Part shown: in pieces, positions 17,295-27,800 of the stretch | How the letters are laid out: the number at the start of each line of letters is the position of its first letter | How positions within the stretch are numbered: position 1 is the stretch's first letter | Source of the DNA: Dehalococcoidia bacterium | GTDB lineage: Bacteria > Chloroflexota > Dehalococcoidia > Lucifugimonadales > UBA3495 | Assembly (NCBI GenBank): GCA_034420475.1 | Contig: DAOULH010000025.1 | Span: 65,593-129,592 of the forward strand | DNA length: 64,000 nt | Direction: 5' to 3' | Position numbers and translations under genes: made by a program | The notes under the pieces: model-generated | Databases searched by the model: none | What the model was told of the DNA's origin: nothing | What the model saw: the letters and a program-made list of their open reading frames with translations, nothing else

Positions 17295-18824
17295 ATGAAA
17301 TACGACGTGATCATCGTTGGCGCCGGATCAGCGGGCTGCGTGCTCGCCAACCGTCTGTCGGAAGACCCCAGCCGGTCCGTGCTGCTGCTGGAAGCCGGGC
17401 CCGACTATCCCGGCCCGGACCAATTGCCTGATGAGTTGAAATACGACATGAACCAGGCGGCGTCCGAGGAGGGAGCGGCGCACAACTGGTCACTGGTCGG
17501 GAAGTCCACCGCGCAGCAGACGCGCCCGCTGCACGTGGCCCGCGGCAAGGTCACGGGCGGGAGCAGCGCCATCAACCACCAGATCCTGCTGCGCGGAGCC
17601 CCGGAGGATTTCGACGGCTGGGCTCAGGCCGGCAACGACGAATGGAGCTACCAGAACACGCTTCCCTACTTCCGCCGGCTGGAAAACGACGCCGACATCC
17701 GGGACGACTTTCACGGCTCGGACGGGCCGATACCCGTTTGGCGTCATCACCGGGAAACCTGGCTGCCCCTGCAGGCGGCCTTCTACCGGGCGTGCCGGGA
17801 CGCCGGCTTCCCGGAAAGCCCGGATATGAATCACCCCGACGCCACCGGCGTTGGCGCCATGCCGTTGAACAACCCGGGCGGCGTGCGCATGAGCACGGCC
17901 ATCACGTATCTCGACGCCTGCCGCCACCGGCTGAACCTGACTATCCGGGCCAACGTGGTGGCGCGGCGCATCATGTTTGAAGACAAGCGCGCCACCGGAG
18001 TGGAGGTTCAGAGTGGGGGAGAGACATTCGTCATTGACGGCGACCAGATCCTGCTCGCCGCCGGAGCGATCGCGTCGCCGCAACTGCTGTTGCTATCAGG
18101 CGTGGGCGACGCGGAGCAACTGCGCCCGTTGGGTATCGAGCCGGTCCACGACCTGCCCGGGGTTGGCCGGAGCATGAAGAACCACCCGTCGGTGTCCATC
18201 GTGTTCCGCTCGCAACCCGACCACCACCTGGCTCCCGATGCGCCGCGCAACCAGGTGGGGCTGCGATTCACGGCCGACGGATCGTCCGACCGCAACGACA
18301 TCCAGGTCCAGCCCACGACCTCGTATCCGGAGAGCCGGGAGGCGCCCAACATCCGCGTCGGATGCCGGCTGGAATACCCCTACAGCGAGGGCCGGCTGAC
18401 CCTGGTGTCCGCTGACGTATCGGTGCAGCCGGACCTGGACTTCCGGTTCCTGTCTAATCCCAGGGATACCGCGCGTTTCCGCGACGCCGTGCGGCGCACG
18501 GCAGCGATTTTCGAGCATCCGGCTTTCAAGGACCTGCTGGCAGAGCGCCTGTCGCCCACCGATGCGGACCTGGCCGATGACGACTCCCTGGATGCCTGGC
18601 TGATGCAGAACGCTGGCATCGCCGGTCACACCTCGGTCACCTGCAAGATGGGTCCCGCGACGGACCCAACCGCCGTGGTGGACCAGTATTGCAAGGTGCA
18701 CGGCCTGCACAATCTCCGGGTGGTTGACGCTTCCATCATGCCGGACATAGTCCGGGCCAACACCAACGCCACCATCATAATGATGGCCGAGCGGGCCGCC
18801 GACTTCATCAAAGACGGCGATTAG
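17295..18824 (+). CDS. GMC family oxidoreductase (choline dehydrogenase-like)
   Basis: YDVIIVGAGSAGCVLANRLSED FAD motif; GGSSAINHQ; C-terminal VVDASIMP...NTNATIIMMAERAAD. Confidence 0.9.
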   Translation: MKYDVIIVGAGSAGCVLANRLSEDPSRSVLLLEAGPDYPGPDQLPDELKYDMNQAASEEGAAHNWSLVGKSTAQQTRPLHVARGKVTGGSSAINHQILLRGAPEDFDGWAQAGNDEWSYQNTLPYFRRLENDADIRDDFHGSDGPIPVWRHHRETWLPLQAAFYRACRDAGFPESPDMNHPDATGVGAMPLNNPGGVRMSTAITYLDACRHRLNLTIRANVVARRIMFEDKRATGVEVQSGGETFVIDGDQILLAAGAIASPQLLLLSGVGDAEQLRPLGIEPVHDLPGVGRSMKNHPSVSIVFRSQPDHHLAPDAPRNQVGLRFTADGSSDRNDIQVQPTTSYPESREAPNIRVGCRLEYPYSEGRLTLVSADVSVQPDLDFRFLSNPRDTARFRDAVRRTAAIFEHPAFKDLLAERLSPTDADLADDDSLDAWLMQNAGIAGHTSVTCKMGPATDPTAVVDQYCKVHGLHNLRVVDASIMPDIVRANTNATIIMMAERAADFIKDGD

Positions 18825-18826
18825 CT

Positions 18827-18956
18827 CCCTCACGCTTCCCCCAAACTGTCATTGCGAGCGCAGCGCGGCAATCTCGTTGGGGCAACGGACGCCGCCGCGG
18901 GAACGAGATCGCCGCGTCGCTGCGCTCCTCGCGATGACAAAATGGGTACGTATGGG
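18827..18956. repeat. palindromic intergenic repeat, subfamily 1, copy C (core 18848..18938)
   Basis: GTCATTGCGAGCGCAGCGCGGCAATCTCGTT-GGGGCAACGGACGCCGCCGCGGG-AACGAGATCGCCGCGTCGCTGCGCTCCTCGCGATGAC. Confidence 0.9.
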
Positions 18957-19018
18957 ATCGTGCCCGGTTGGAAACACCGCAGCAAGCTCATGGGAGCGGA
19001 AGCGGATATGAACCCCGG

Positions 19019-20479
19019 TCACTCGATGGCGTGCAGTACGCCGTCGTTGGTTCTGACGTAGAGCCGCCCGCCGGCGAATACCGGGGAGATCTCCACCGGG
19101 GCTTCCAACGGGAGATTCCAGATCAACTTCCCGTCGCGCCGGTCGAGAGCGTAGAAGCTGCCGGCGTCGGTCCCAAAGTACACCTGGTCTCCCACCACCA
19201 CCGGAGACCCGAATATGGCGCCGTCGGCCTCGAACCGCCACGTCTCCGTGCCGGAAATCGCGTCAGCCCCATAGAAGCCGCCCTTGAAACTCCCCGCATA
19301 CAGCGAGTCGGCCGTGACCGATGGGGTTGCCACCAGCCCCGTTGTAGACCATCGCCCGGTAGCGCGGTCGAATGCGAAATCGGGATCAAACAGCCACATC
19401 CTTCCCTTTTGCGCCGGCGGACGCGGCACGCCCGGCACCTTCCAGTCCCAAAACTGCTTCCAGACCAGCTTGAACTGGTATTCGCCGGCGATCTCCCGGG
19501 CGTCGGCATCTACCGCGTGCACCTGTCCCCCGGATGGGAAGTACGCCAGCCCGTTGGCGATGGCCGGGGACGCTTTGGTGTTCCCTTCGGTGCGGAAGCG
19601 CAGCTTGCTCTGTCCGGTCCTGGCGTCGAACACGTAGAGATTGCCGAGGTTGTCCGCGGCGTAAACGTGTCCGTCACTGACGGCCGGCGCTGCGCGGACT
19701 TCACCCGCGATGTCCTCCCGCCATAAAACGTCTCCGTTGGCGGCGTCCAGGGCGTAGAGCGCATTATCGCCCGATCCCACATAGACGATGCCGTCGGCCA
19801 CGATTGGCGACGAAGCGATAGGCCCGCCGGTTTTGACCGTCCAGCGGAACTGCCGGGTGTTTCGGTCCAGGGCGATGATCCGGTGGTCGGTCAAGCCAAC
19901 GTAGAGCAGGTCGCCGGCCAGAGCCACGGAATGGTCCAGCGGGCTGGGGACGGAAACCTCCCAGAGTTGTTCCCCGGTCGAGGCATCCAGGGCGCTGATC
20001 TTGAAGAACGCGCCGACGTACACCACCCCATCGTGCACGATAGGAGCAGCGCGGGTGGGAGTGCCCAGGTCATGGGACCAGAGCGCCTTTCCCTCCGGCT
20101 GGGCGGCCACAGTGGGGATGTGACGAGTGAGCTGGAGGTCCCGGCCGACCATGGACCACTGGTCCGGCAACGAAGCCGAGCTGAGCTTGGTGCTGGGCGA
20201 GTTGAACAGCAGTTTGATCGGGTTCGGAAAGAAAGGATAGTACAGCCATGCCAGGAAAAACAGGACGACCACAACCACCCCGATCCGGATCAATCGTCGC
20301 CGGCCCCGCCTGCTGAACCATCGCCGCCCGCGAGGGTCATCCTGGGCCCATTCGGGGAGGTTGGCGACCATGCGGTCGCATTCCCGGCACGCTTGCCCCG
20401 GTTCCTGGCCTTCGGCCCCGCACCAACCGCAGACCGCGGCGCTGTTTGACCCGGCATCGGGTCGGGTGGCTTCGTTCAT
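19019..20479 (-). CDS. membrane-anchored PQQ-like beta-propeller repeat protein
   Basis: N-terminal CGWCG...CRECD zinc ribbon, one TM (IGVVVVVLFFLAWLYY), then repeated ...YVG..DG.LYALDA.TG...W blades. Confidence 0.8.
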   Translation of the reverse strand: MNEATRPDAGSNSAAVCGWCGAEGQEPGQACRECDRMVANLPEWAQDDPRGRRWFSRRGRRRLIRIGVVVVVLFFLAWLYYPFFPNPIKLLFNSPSTKLSSASLPDQWSMVGRDLQLTRHIPTVAAQPEGKALWSHDLGTPTRAAPIVHDGVVYVGAFFKISALDASTGEQLWEVSVPSPLDHSVALAGDLLYVGLTDHRIIALDRNTRQFRWTVKTGGPIASSPIVADGIVYVGSGDNALYALDAANGDVLWREDIAGEVRAAPAVSDGHVYAADNLGNLYVFDARTGQSKLRFRTEGNTKASPAIANGLAYFPSGGQVHAVDADAREIAGEYQFKLVWKQFWDWKVPGVPRPPAQKGRMWLFDPDFAFDRATGRWSTTGLVATPSVTADSLYAGSFKGGFYGADAISGTETWRFEADGAIFGSPVVVGDQVYFGTDAGSFYALDRRDGKLIWNLPLEAPVEISPVFAGGRLYVRTNDGVLHAIE

Positions 20480-20655
20480 CGGGAATAGATTAGCGTGTCA
20501 ACGAGGTCGCGGCAACAACGTCGTGTCCGGCGTAGCTGTCGGCGCAGTGGCGCGGAGCGCAAACGACGGCGCGGATGCGCATTCCGCACCCGCGCCGGTC
20601 GGTTGTCTGACTGCCTCAATAGTCAGTGGGCTCTCTAACGGCAGCGCCGGAATGG

Positions 20656-21534
20656 CTACAGGTTCCGCTGCTTCGGGTCCAGCTTGTCGCGCAGCCAGTC
20701 TCCCAGCAGGTTCATCGACAGAACCGTGAGCAGGATGGCCAAGCCGGGGAAGAAGGACAGCCACCAGGCATCGGTCACGAACGACCGTCCGTCGGCCACC
20801 ATCACGCCCCATGCCGGCGTGGGCCGGGAAATGCCCGCTCCCAGGAAGCTCAGCGTTGCTTCCAGCACGATGACGAAACCCACCTGGAGCGTCGCCAGCA
20901 CCACAATGGTGTTCACAATGTTCGGGAAGATGTAGCGGAACATGATCCGCGGGTTGGACGCCCCGGCGACTCGGGCCCGGGAGATGTAGTCCTGCGCCCG
21001 GATGGTCAGCGCTTCGCCGCGAACCAGCCGCGCATAGCGAGACCATTGGCTCAACACCAGCACGGCGATCAGTATCTTCATGCTGGGCCCTGCCATTGCG
21101 GCGACCACAATTGCCACCACGATGATGGGCAGGGATAGCGAGATGTCCACCAGGCGCATCATGAGGTTGTCGGCCCAGCCCCCGTAAAAGGCGGACACAA
21201 TGCCGAAAGAGGTGCCGATTATCCCCGAAATCAGGATCGCCACGCTGGCCACCAGCAGCGACACGCGGGCTCCGTGCATGACACGGCTGAGTACGTCTCG
21301 CCCGATGTCGTCCGTGCCGAACCAGTGCTGCGCCGATGGTTCCGCGAAGCGATTTTTCATGTCGCCTTGCAGCGGGTCGTAGGGAGCAATCCAATTGGCG
21401 CCGAGGGCGGGGATGAGCAAGACTATCACCAGGACGGCCACTGGAATGACCGGGTAGCGGAAGACCTCCCTCGCGTAATGGCCGATTCGGGCCGTTGGAC
21501 GCGGGCTGCTGAGTTCTGGTAGTGCTATGGCCAT
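20656..21534 (-). CDS. ABC transporter permease (DppC/OppC-like)
   Basis: 292 aa, 6 TM, EAA-type loop region ...SRARVAGASNPRIMFRYIFPN. Confidence 0.85.
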   Translation of the reverse strand: MAIALPELSSPRPTARIGHYAREVFRYPVIPVAVLVIVLLIPALGANWIAPYDPLQGDMKNRFAEPSAQHWFGTDDIGRDVLSRVMHGARVSLLVASVAILISGIIGTSFGIVSAFYGGWADNLMMRLVDISLSLPIIVVAIVVAAMAGPSMKILIAVLVLSQWSRYARLVRGEALTIRAQDYISRARVAGASNPRIMFRYIFPNIVNTIVVLATLQVGFVIVLEATLSFLGAGISRPTPAWGVMVADGRSFVTDAWWLSFFPGLAILLTVLSMNLLGDWLRDKLDPKQRNL

Positions 21535-21565
21535 GGTTATCGTCCTCGCTTAAGCCCGTGTGGCA

Positions 21566-22486
21566 TCAGGTGTACCGAATGCGGGGGTCCAGGTAGGCAT
21601 AGGCTATGTCCACCAGCAGGTTCGCTACGATGTAGATCGTGGTGAAGGTGAGCATGATGCCCTGCAACAGGGCGTAGTCGCTGGACCGCGCCGCGTTGAA
21701 CAGGAGGAACCCCAAACCGGGCCACTGGAATACCGTTTCGATGGAAACGGAGCCCACCATCAGCGATCCCAGCGTGATGGCAAAGTAGGTCAGCGGGGCG
21801 ATGGCGGCGTTCCGCAGGCAGTGCTTCCAGAGTATCTTGCGCTCAGGAAGGCCCTTGATCCGCGCCAGCTTCACGTACTCGCTGTCCAGCACGTCCAGCA
21901 TGGACGACCGGACCAGGCGGAGCATGGCGGCTACCTGGAACCATCCGATGGCAATGGCGGGTAGGATCAGGTGCTTGATGCCGCCCTTCCCTGAGGTTGG
22001 GAACCAGTCCAACTGCACCGCGAAGATCCACATCAGGATGATGCCCAGCCAGAACACCGGGAGGGATTGCCCCAGGAGCGCGACCACCTTGCCGGTCCAG
22101 TCGAAGACGGTGTCCCGGTAGGTTGCGGTTAACACGCCGATGGGTAATCCCAGCGCGACGGCCACCAGAATGCCGGCTCCGGCTAACTGAATCGTGGCCA
22201 TGAATCGGTCGCTGATCAGTTCGGCTACGGTGAAGTGGGGGTACTTGAATGAATTGCCGAAGTCGCCCCGCACCGCGTTCCATACGTAAGTGAAGTACTG
22301 TTCGTGCAACGGCTTGTTGATGCCCCAGAATTCCTCCAGATCTGCCCGCACTTGGGCGTCGGCGTCGTCCGGCAGAATGGCGTCCAGGGGGTTGCCGCCG
22401 GCGTGGCCCAGGGCGAAAGCAATTACGCTAACTACCACCAGGACCAAGATAGCCTGGAGGATACGCATAATGATGTACCGTTGCAT
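21566..22486 (-). CDS. ABC transporter permease (DppB/OppB-like)
   Basis: MQRYIIMRILQAILVLVVVSVIAF typical N-terminus; ...YVKLARIKGLPERKILWKH. Confidence 0.85.
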   Translation of the reverse strand: MQRYIIMRILQAILVLVVVSVIAFALGHAGGNPLDAILPDDADAQVRADLEEFWGINKPLHEQYFTYVWNAVRGDFGNSFKYPHFTVAELISDRFMATIQLAGAGILVAVALGLPIGVLTATYRDTVFDWTGKVVALLGQSLPVFWLGIILMWIFAVQLDWFPTSGKGGIKHLILPAIAIGWFQVAAMLRLVRSSMLDVLDSEYVKLARIKGLPERKILWKHCLRNAAIAPLTYFAITLGSLMVGSVSIETVFQWPGLGFLLFNAARSSDYALLQGIMLTFTTIYIVANLLVDIAYAYLDPRIRYT

Positions 22487-22602
22487 CCCTAACTCCTGCC
22501 CCAGGGTTCAGCCGCGGCTATTTCCAATTCGCGCACCGCGACTGCCGGTTCCCCGGCAGTCGCGGCGCTTTCAAACCGGTATTGGTCAGACTGGCCGGGG
22601 GA

Positions 22603-24420
22603 TCAGCAAGGCGGTCCCTCGATCAGCTCATTGCTGCCCAGATCGCCGCCCTCCCAACCTGGGAAAGGCCATCCGCAGATGAATTCGGTGTTGACTATCG
22701 TCTCGATGGGCACCCAGAAGAGCGGTATCCACTCGTGCTGGTAGAACTTGATGTCGCCGATCTGGTACAGCACCTTTTCACGTTCCGCCGGGTCCACGGT
22801 GACCTGGAGCTCATGGTAGAGCTCCTGGAGCTCGGCAGTCTCGTACATGAAGACCGTGCCGCCGTCTTCCTTGGGGGTGTTGAACAGCATGATCTGCGCT
22901 TCCACCGCCTTGAAGGAAGGCGTGGTCGCCAATGCCGTTTCGTGATTGGACTTGTTCCGGCGGCGGGCAACCACGGCTGCGCGGTCTTCGTCACGGAGTT
23001 CCAGTTCCACTCCGATCTCCGCCCAAGCCAGCTGCATGAACTGGGCGATCTGGGGAAGCTCAGGGGCGCCGGGGAAGGGATACATCGGAACCGTGATCTT
23101 GAACCCTTCGGGGTAGCCGGCCTCAGCCAGGAGTTGCTTGGACGCCTCCAGGTCGTAGCCGTATTCCTCCTCCCAGTCCTCGTCCCACTTGGGATTCCAG
23201 GCCGTCAGGGTGGGATGGAAAGCGTGCACCTTGGAGTCCCAGACGCGGCCCTTGTAGAGTTCCTCCTTGAAGGTCTCGCGGTCCACGGCCTTGTTCAGCG
23301 CCTTGCGCACCTTGATCCCGATTTCGCCGGGCGCGGTCACCGGGAAGTCGGGGTCGTAGTTCTCGGCGTCGCCGTAGAACATGCCGCCGAAGCGGAAGGC
23401 CGTCTGCTGGGCGGGGCCGGTGCTGGGTATGATCTTGAACTTTCCGTCTTCCTCTGCCTCCAGCTTGTCGCCCAGGTCCCGGTTGACCTCGGTCATGTGC
23501 GTCTCCTCGGCGCGGAACTGAGCCAGGCGGGTGGACTCTTCCAGCACCCAGGTGTTGCGCATTTCGGGGTAAACCGGGTCATGCCGCCAGTGGCCGTCCG
23601 GGAAGGCCAGCGAGTAGTCCACGTGGACTTCGGGAACGCGGCCATCGTACTGATACGGCCCGGTGCCGGCCAGGTTCTCGTAGTACTCGTTGGTGCAGCC
23701 TTCACTGGCGATGTTCTCAGCATCGTCGAACCCGCCGGCCCCGTCGCACTGGGCCTTGCTGTAAATCATGTTGCCGGCTGACTCGGCGGCGTAGAACAGA
23801 TACTCAGCGGAGGGCTTCACCATGTGGACCTGGATGTTATAAGGATCCAGAATCTCCACGTGGTCGACGTTGCAGATGCCGCCCTTGTAGCTGGCGCGGG
23901 TGCCTTTCTGGCAAGTGAGCTTGAAGCTGTGCTCCACATCTGCGGCGGTGAACTCGCCAAACCCTCGATGGAACTGGATACCCTGCTCCAGCTCGAAGGT
24001 CCAAACATCACCGGTGGCGTTCATCTCCCAAGATTTTGCCAGCATGGGGATCCATTCGCTGGTGTTGGGATCCAGTTGCACCAGGTATTCCATGAACGGA
24101 CTGTGCTGGTACACGAAGTCCACACCACCCAACCATGGCACTACGGTGTCATCAATGGGAGTGATCAGCCCCAGGATGATCTTGTCAGTTGGCAACTGGC
24201 TCTCATCCACGACATTGCCGCTGGGCTGGTCCTGGGACTCGGGCATGGCGGTGGGCTGAGCCGCGGCCGCCGGGGCGCCTCCGGATGCCGGCTGGGCTGC
24301 CGCCGGCTGAGCGGTTTCCGCCGGGGCCTCGGCGCCTCCGCATGCTGCAACGAATGTCAGGAGCAGCAGCGCTGGTAAAAGCAGCAACGCCGATCTAATC
24401 TTCATTCCGTAGCGGTTCAT
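22603..24420 (-). CDS. ABC transporter substrate-binding lipoprotein (family 5, peptide/nickel type)
   Basis: Lipobox LTFVAACGG, low-complexity linker, 605 aa; immediately upstream of the two permeases. Confidence 0.85.
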   Translation of the reverse strand: MNRYGMKIRSALLLLPALLLLTFVAACGGAEAPAETAQPAAAQPASGGAPAAAAQPTAMPESQDQPSGNVVDESQLPTDKIILGLITPIDDTVVPWLGGVDFVYQHSPFMEYLVQLDPNTSEWIPMLAKSWEMNATGDVWTFELEQGIQFHRGFGEFTAADVEHSFKLTCQKGTRASYKGGICNVDHVEILDPYNIQVHMVKPSAEYLFYAAESAGNMIYSKAQCDGAGGFDDAENIASEGCTNEYYENLAGTGPYQYDGRVPEVHVDYSLAFPDGHWRHDPVYPEMRNTWVLEESTRLAQFRAEETHMTEVNRDLGDKLEAEEDGKFKIIPSTGPAQQTAFRFGGMFYGDAENYDPDFPVTAPGEIGIKVRKALNKAVDRETFKEELYKGRVWDSKVHAFHPTLTAWNPKWDEDWEEEYGYDLEASKQLLAEAGYPEGFKITVPMYPFPGAPELPQIAQFMQLAWAEIGVELELRDEDRAAVVARRRNKSNHETALATTPSFKAVEAQIMLFNTPKEDGGTVFMYETAELQELYHELQVTVDPAEREKVLYQIGDIKFYQHEWIPLFWVPIETIVNTEFICGWPFPGWEGGDLGSNELIEGPPC

Positions 24421-24846
24421 TACCAGACCTCCAGACTGTGATTGTCACGCCCGTGACCTGGGGTCAGGACGCACGTCCTCCATGTTCTCTGAAGCCGGAG
24501 CCAATGATGATCCTGGCTCATTTATCCGGTTGCGAAATCAGTTGGCCGTTCCAATATGCGTGCCGTACCTCGTTGCCTGGCATACTGAATCGTATGGTGA
24601 GGATGCCATTTGCGGTTGTTTATCGTGACCTAAGTTACGAAAAACGACTATCCTATCAGTTCTCCATGCCGGGTAGCGTGCAACCTGTGAATGGAATAGC
24701 GGCATTTCGCAAAGTAGGCCGACTTTATCCCAGCCACATCGCCCATGTCAATAGCGTCGATATTGACCGACTGGGCTCGCCAAGTCGTGAGGCTCCCGGC
24801 TGCGCGTGACCCTGAGCAGCAGAAACCGTTACCGATAGGACCCGGA

Positions 24847-27800
24847 CTATGGAGCTTCGATGACGGTTAACTGTTGATTGGCCGGCACGTCATGGAGGGT
24901 CTGGACGATGCCGCTGGGCCATCGAATCTGAACGGAGTCTGCCCGGGACGCCAAGCCGAGGCCGAAGTGGGCCGGCAGCATGTTCTGGCTCTTATTGCTG
25001 GAGCCGGCCGTGATCTCCCGGATCTGCGTGCGGCCGCCGGCAACCAGCGTAACCCGGGCGCCGATGCCGTCGCGGTTACTCACCGTTCCCACAGTCTGAA
25101 CGCGGAGCCAGTTGGCATCCCCGGCGCAGCGATTCTGGAACAGGCGGGCGCTTTGAGCCTCTTCGCCGGCGAGGCCCAGGTTTGCCACGTACAAATCCAG
25201 GCAGCCGTCGTCGTTGAAGTCGGCGTAAGCCACGCCGCGGCCGACGCCCCGGTCGTCGGCGCCGCTGATGGACGACACGTCCTCGAACCTGGCGTCGCCG
25301 GTGTTGCGCAGGAGCAGGTTGGGTTGGCGCCGGTGATTGGTCGGCGCATCGCTGTCCAGGTGACCGCTGGCAACGTAGAGGTCCTCCCAGCCGTCATTGT
25401 CATAATCGAAAAACACGGTGCCCCAACTGACTCGCTGCCGCCTTTGAAAGGCGCCCATTCCCGCCTCGGCATCGGCGGCCGTCTCGGTGAAACTGATCCC
25501 GTCGCCATTATTTTTCAGCAGGACGTTGTCTTCGATGTTGGTGACGTAGAGGTCAAAGTGCCCGTCGAGATCGTAATCGCCCACCGCCAGGCCCATGCCG
25601 AACATGGCCACGTCGGCGCGAGAGTCGCGGGAGATGTCCTCGAACCGCCAGGTTCCGTCGGCAGTGGGACCATCGTTGCGCCACAGGACGTTGGGCTGAG
25701 CGTCGTGCCCGAAGTCGTTCACAACGTACAGGTCGGGGTCGCCGTCGTTGTCGAAGTCGAGCCAGCCCGGCTGGAACCCGGCTCCCCACAGATTGCCATA
25801 CTCCCCCGGGATTTTTTGCGGAGAGCTGATGTCGCCCAGCAGGTGCGAAACCTCGGTGAAGGTGCCGTCGCCGTTGTTGTGGAAAAGACCCAGCGGTCGC
25901 ACGGCAAGGTAAAAGGCCCGGAGATCCAGGACTTCCATGTCCGATTCCTCCATGTGCCGGACGACGACGAAGTCCAGATGGCCGTCCCGATCATAGTCGC
26001 CCCAGGCGCAGCCCATGGATCGGTAGCTGGGATCGGGGTCACCCAATCCGGCAAGGTCCGTCACGTCAGCGAAGGTTCCTGATCCGTTGTTGCGAAAGAG
26101 TTTGCTTGCGCCCCAATTGGTGACGTAGAGGTCCTGATCGCCGTCGTTGTCATAGTCGGCGGCGCACCCGCCATTGGACAGGCCCATCAGCTCATCGACC
26201 CCGGCTTCCGCCGCGATGTCGGTGAATGTGCCGTTGCCATCGTTCCGGTACAACGCGTTGGCCCCGTCGATCTGGTCCGGCGACTCGCTCCAGGAGGGCT
26301 TGGACGCGACGTAGATGTCCTGCCAACCGTCGTTGTTGTAGTCAAAAACGACCACGCCCGCCCCCAGCGGTATGCGGTCCACCGGGTCGCGGTAATGCTG
26401 GAAAGCGACACCGGCCTCTTGCGCTACGTCGGCAAACAACGGTTGGAGGTAGGTGAATCCCCCCGGCAAAATACCGGAACGACCGTCGGGGTTGGTTATC
26501 GCCACATCGACGACGCCGGCCCGGCGCGCCGGCGCCAGCACGGTCATAGTTTGGGAGTCCAGGAACTCCAGGACCATCGCCTCCACTCCCCCGATGGCGA
26601 CGCGGCTGCCGGCCTCCATGCCGGCGCCGGAGACGGTCACCAGGCTGCCCCCGGAGGTGGCGGCAGCAGCAGGCTCCAGGGCCGAAATCCGCGGCCCGTG
26701 GGTGTTGGGAGGAGCGAGGTCCCCAAGCCTCCACGCCGGTGCGTTGTCGGCGCCGGGGCCGTGGCTGAGGTTGACCCGGTGCGACCCGTCGGCGTTCATC
26801 ATCATGATCTCCGGGTCTCCGTAGCGGTCGCTGCTGAAGGCTATCCGAGCGCCGTCGGGCGACCAGGAGGGCCAGTAGTCGTTGAAGGCGTCCCCGGTAA
26901 GCTGCACCGGGTTCGAGCCGTCAGCATCCATGACGTACACGGCGGGGCGGCCGGTTCGGCTGGAAGAAAAAGCAATTTGGGAACCGTCGGGCGACCAGGC
27001 GGGAAATCCGTCGGAGGTCGCATTCCGGGTCAGACGGACCTGGTTGGAGCCGTCGGCGTCCATCACGTAAATCTCCAGGTTGCCGTCGCGTCGGGAGTTG
27101 AACAGGATGCGCTGCCCGTCGGGGGACCAGGCGGGTGACGAGTCGTACCCCGGGTCGTTGGTCAGGTTGATCGGGTTGGAGCCGTCGGCGTCCATCACGT
27201 AGATCTCGCGGTTGCCGTCGCGCTCGGAGGAATAGGCGATCCGGCTGCCGTCGGGAGACCAGGCCGGTAGCGCGTTGTCCGGGCCATTGTCCTCGGTGAG
27301 GCGACGCGCGCGCGCGCCGTCGGCGTTCATCACGTAGATCTCAGGGCTGCCGTGACGGTCGGACACGAACGCGATCTTTTTGCCGTCGGGCGACCAGGCC
27401 GGCATGTCGTCGTGGTTGGTGTTGTTGCTGAGCCGTTTCAGGTCGGAGCCGTCCGGCAGCATCGAGTAGATCTCAAAGTCGCCGTCCCGGTCCGAGCTGA
27501 AAACGATGCGGGAGTCGGAGTTGTCCAGGAAGAACGGGCCGACGAACAGCAGGCCCACGCCGCCCACCATGCTCAAGGTCCAGGTGCCGGCGGCAAAGGC
27601 GGCCACCGCTTTCTTGGGCATGACCCGGGCCAGGCCCCATAAGGTGAAGGGGCCGGCCGCCGCCGCGCCGAACAGCAGCGCCGCCGCCGGGGCCGCGCCC
27701 ATGCCGACCAGCATCAGCACGGCGACCAGCGGGATCTCGAACAGCAGCGGCACGTTGATGAGGATGCCCAGGGTGGCGGCTACTGCAATTCCGGATAGAT

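Noticed and set aside
24421-24846. 425-nt AT-richer spacer upstream of the ABC operon as a possible riboswitch or sRNA
   Set aside because: I could not recognise any known riboswitch core or a convincing conserved stem-loop by eye. It is probably promoter/leader DNA and would need a covariance-model scan.
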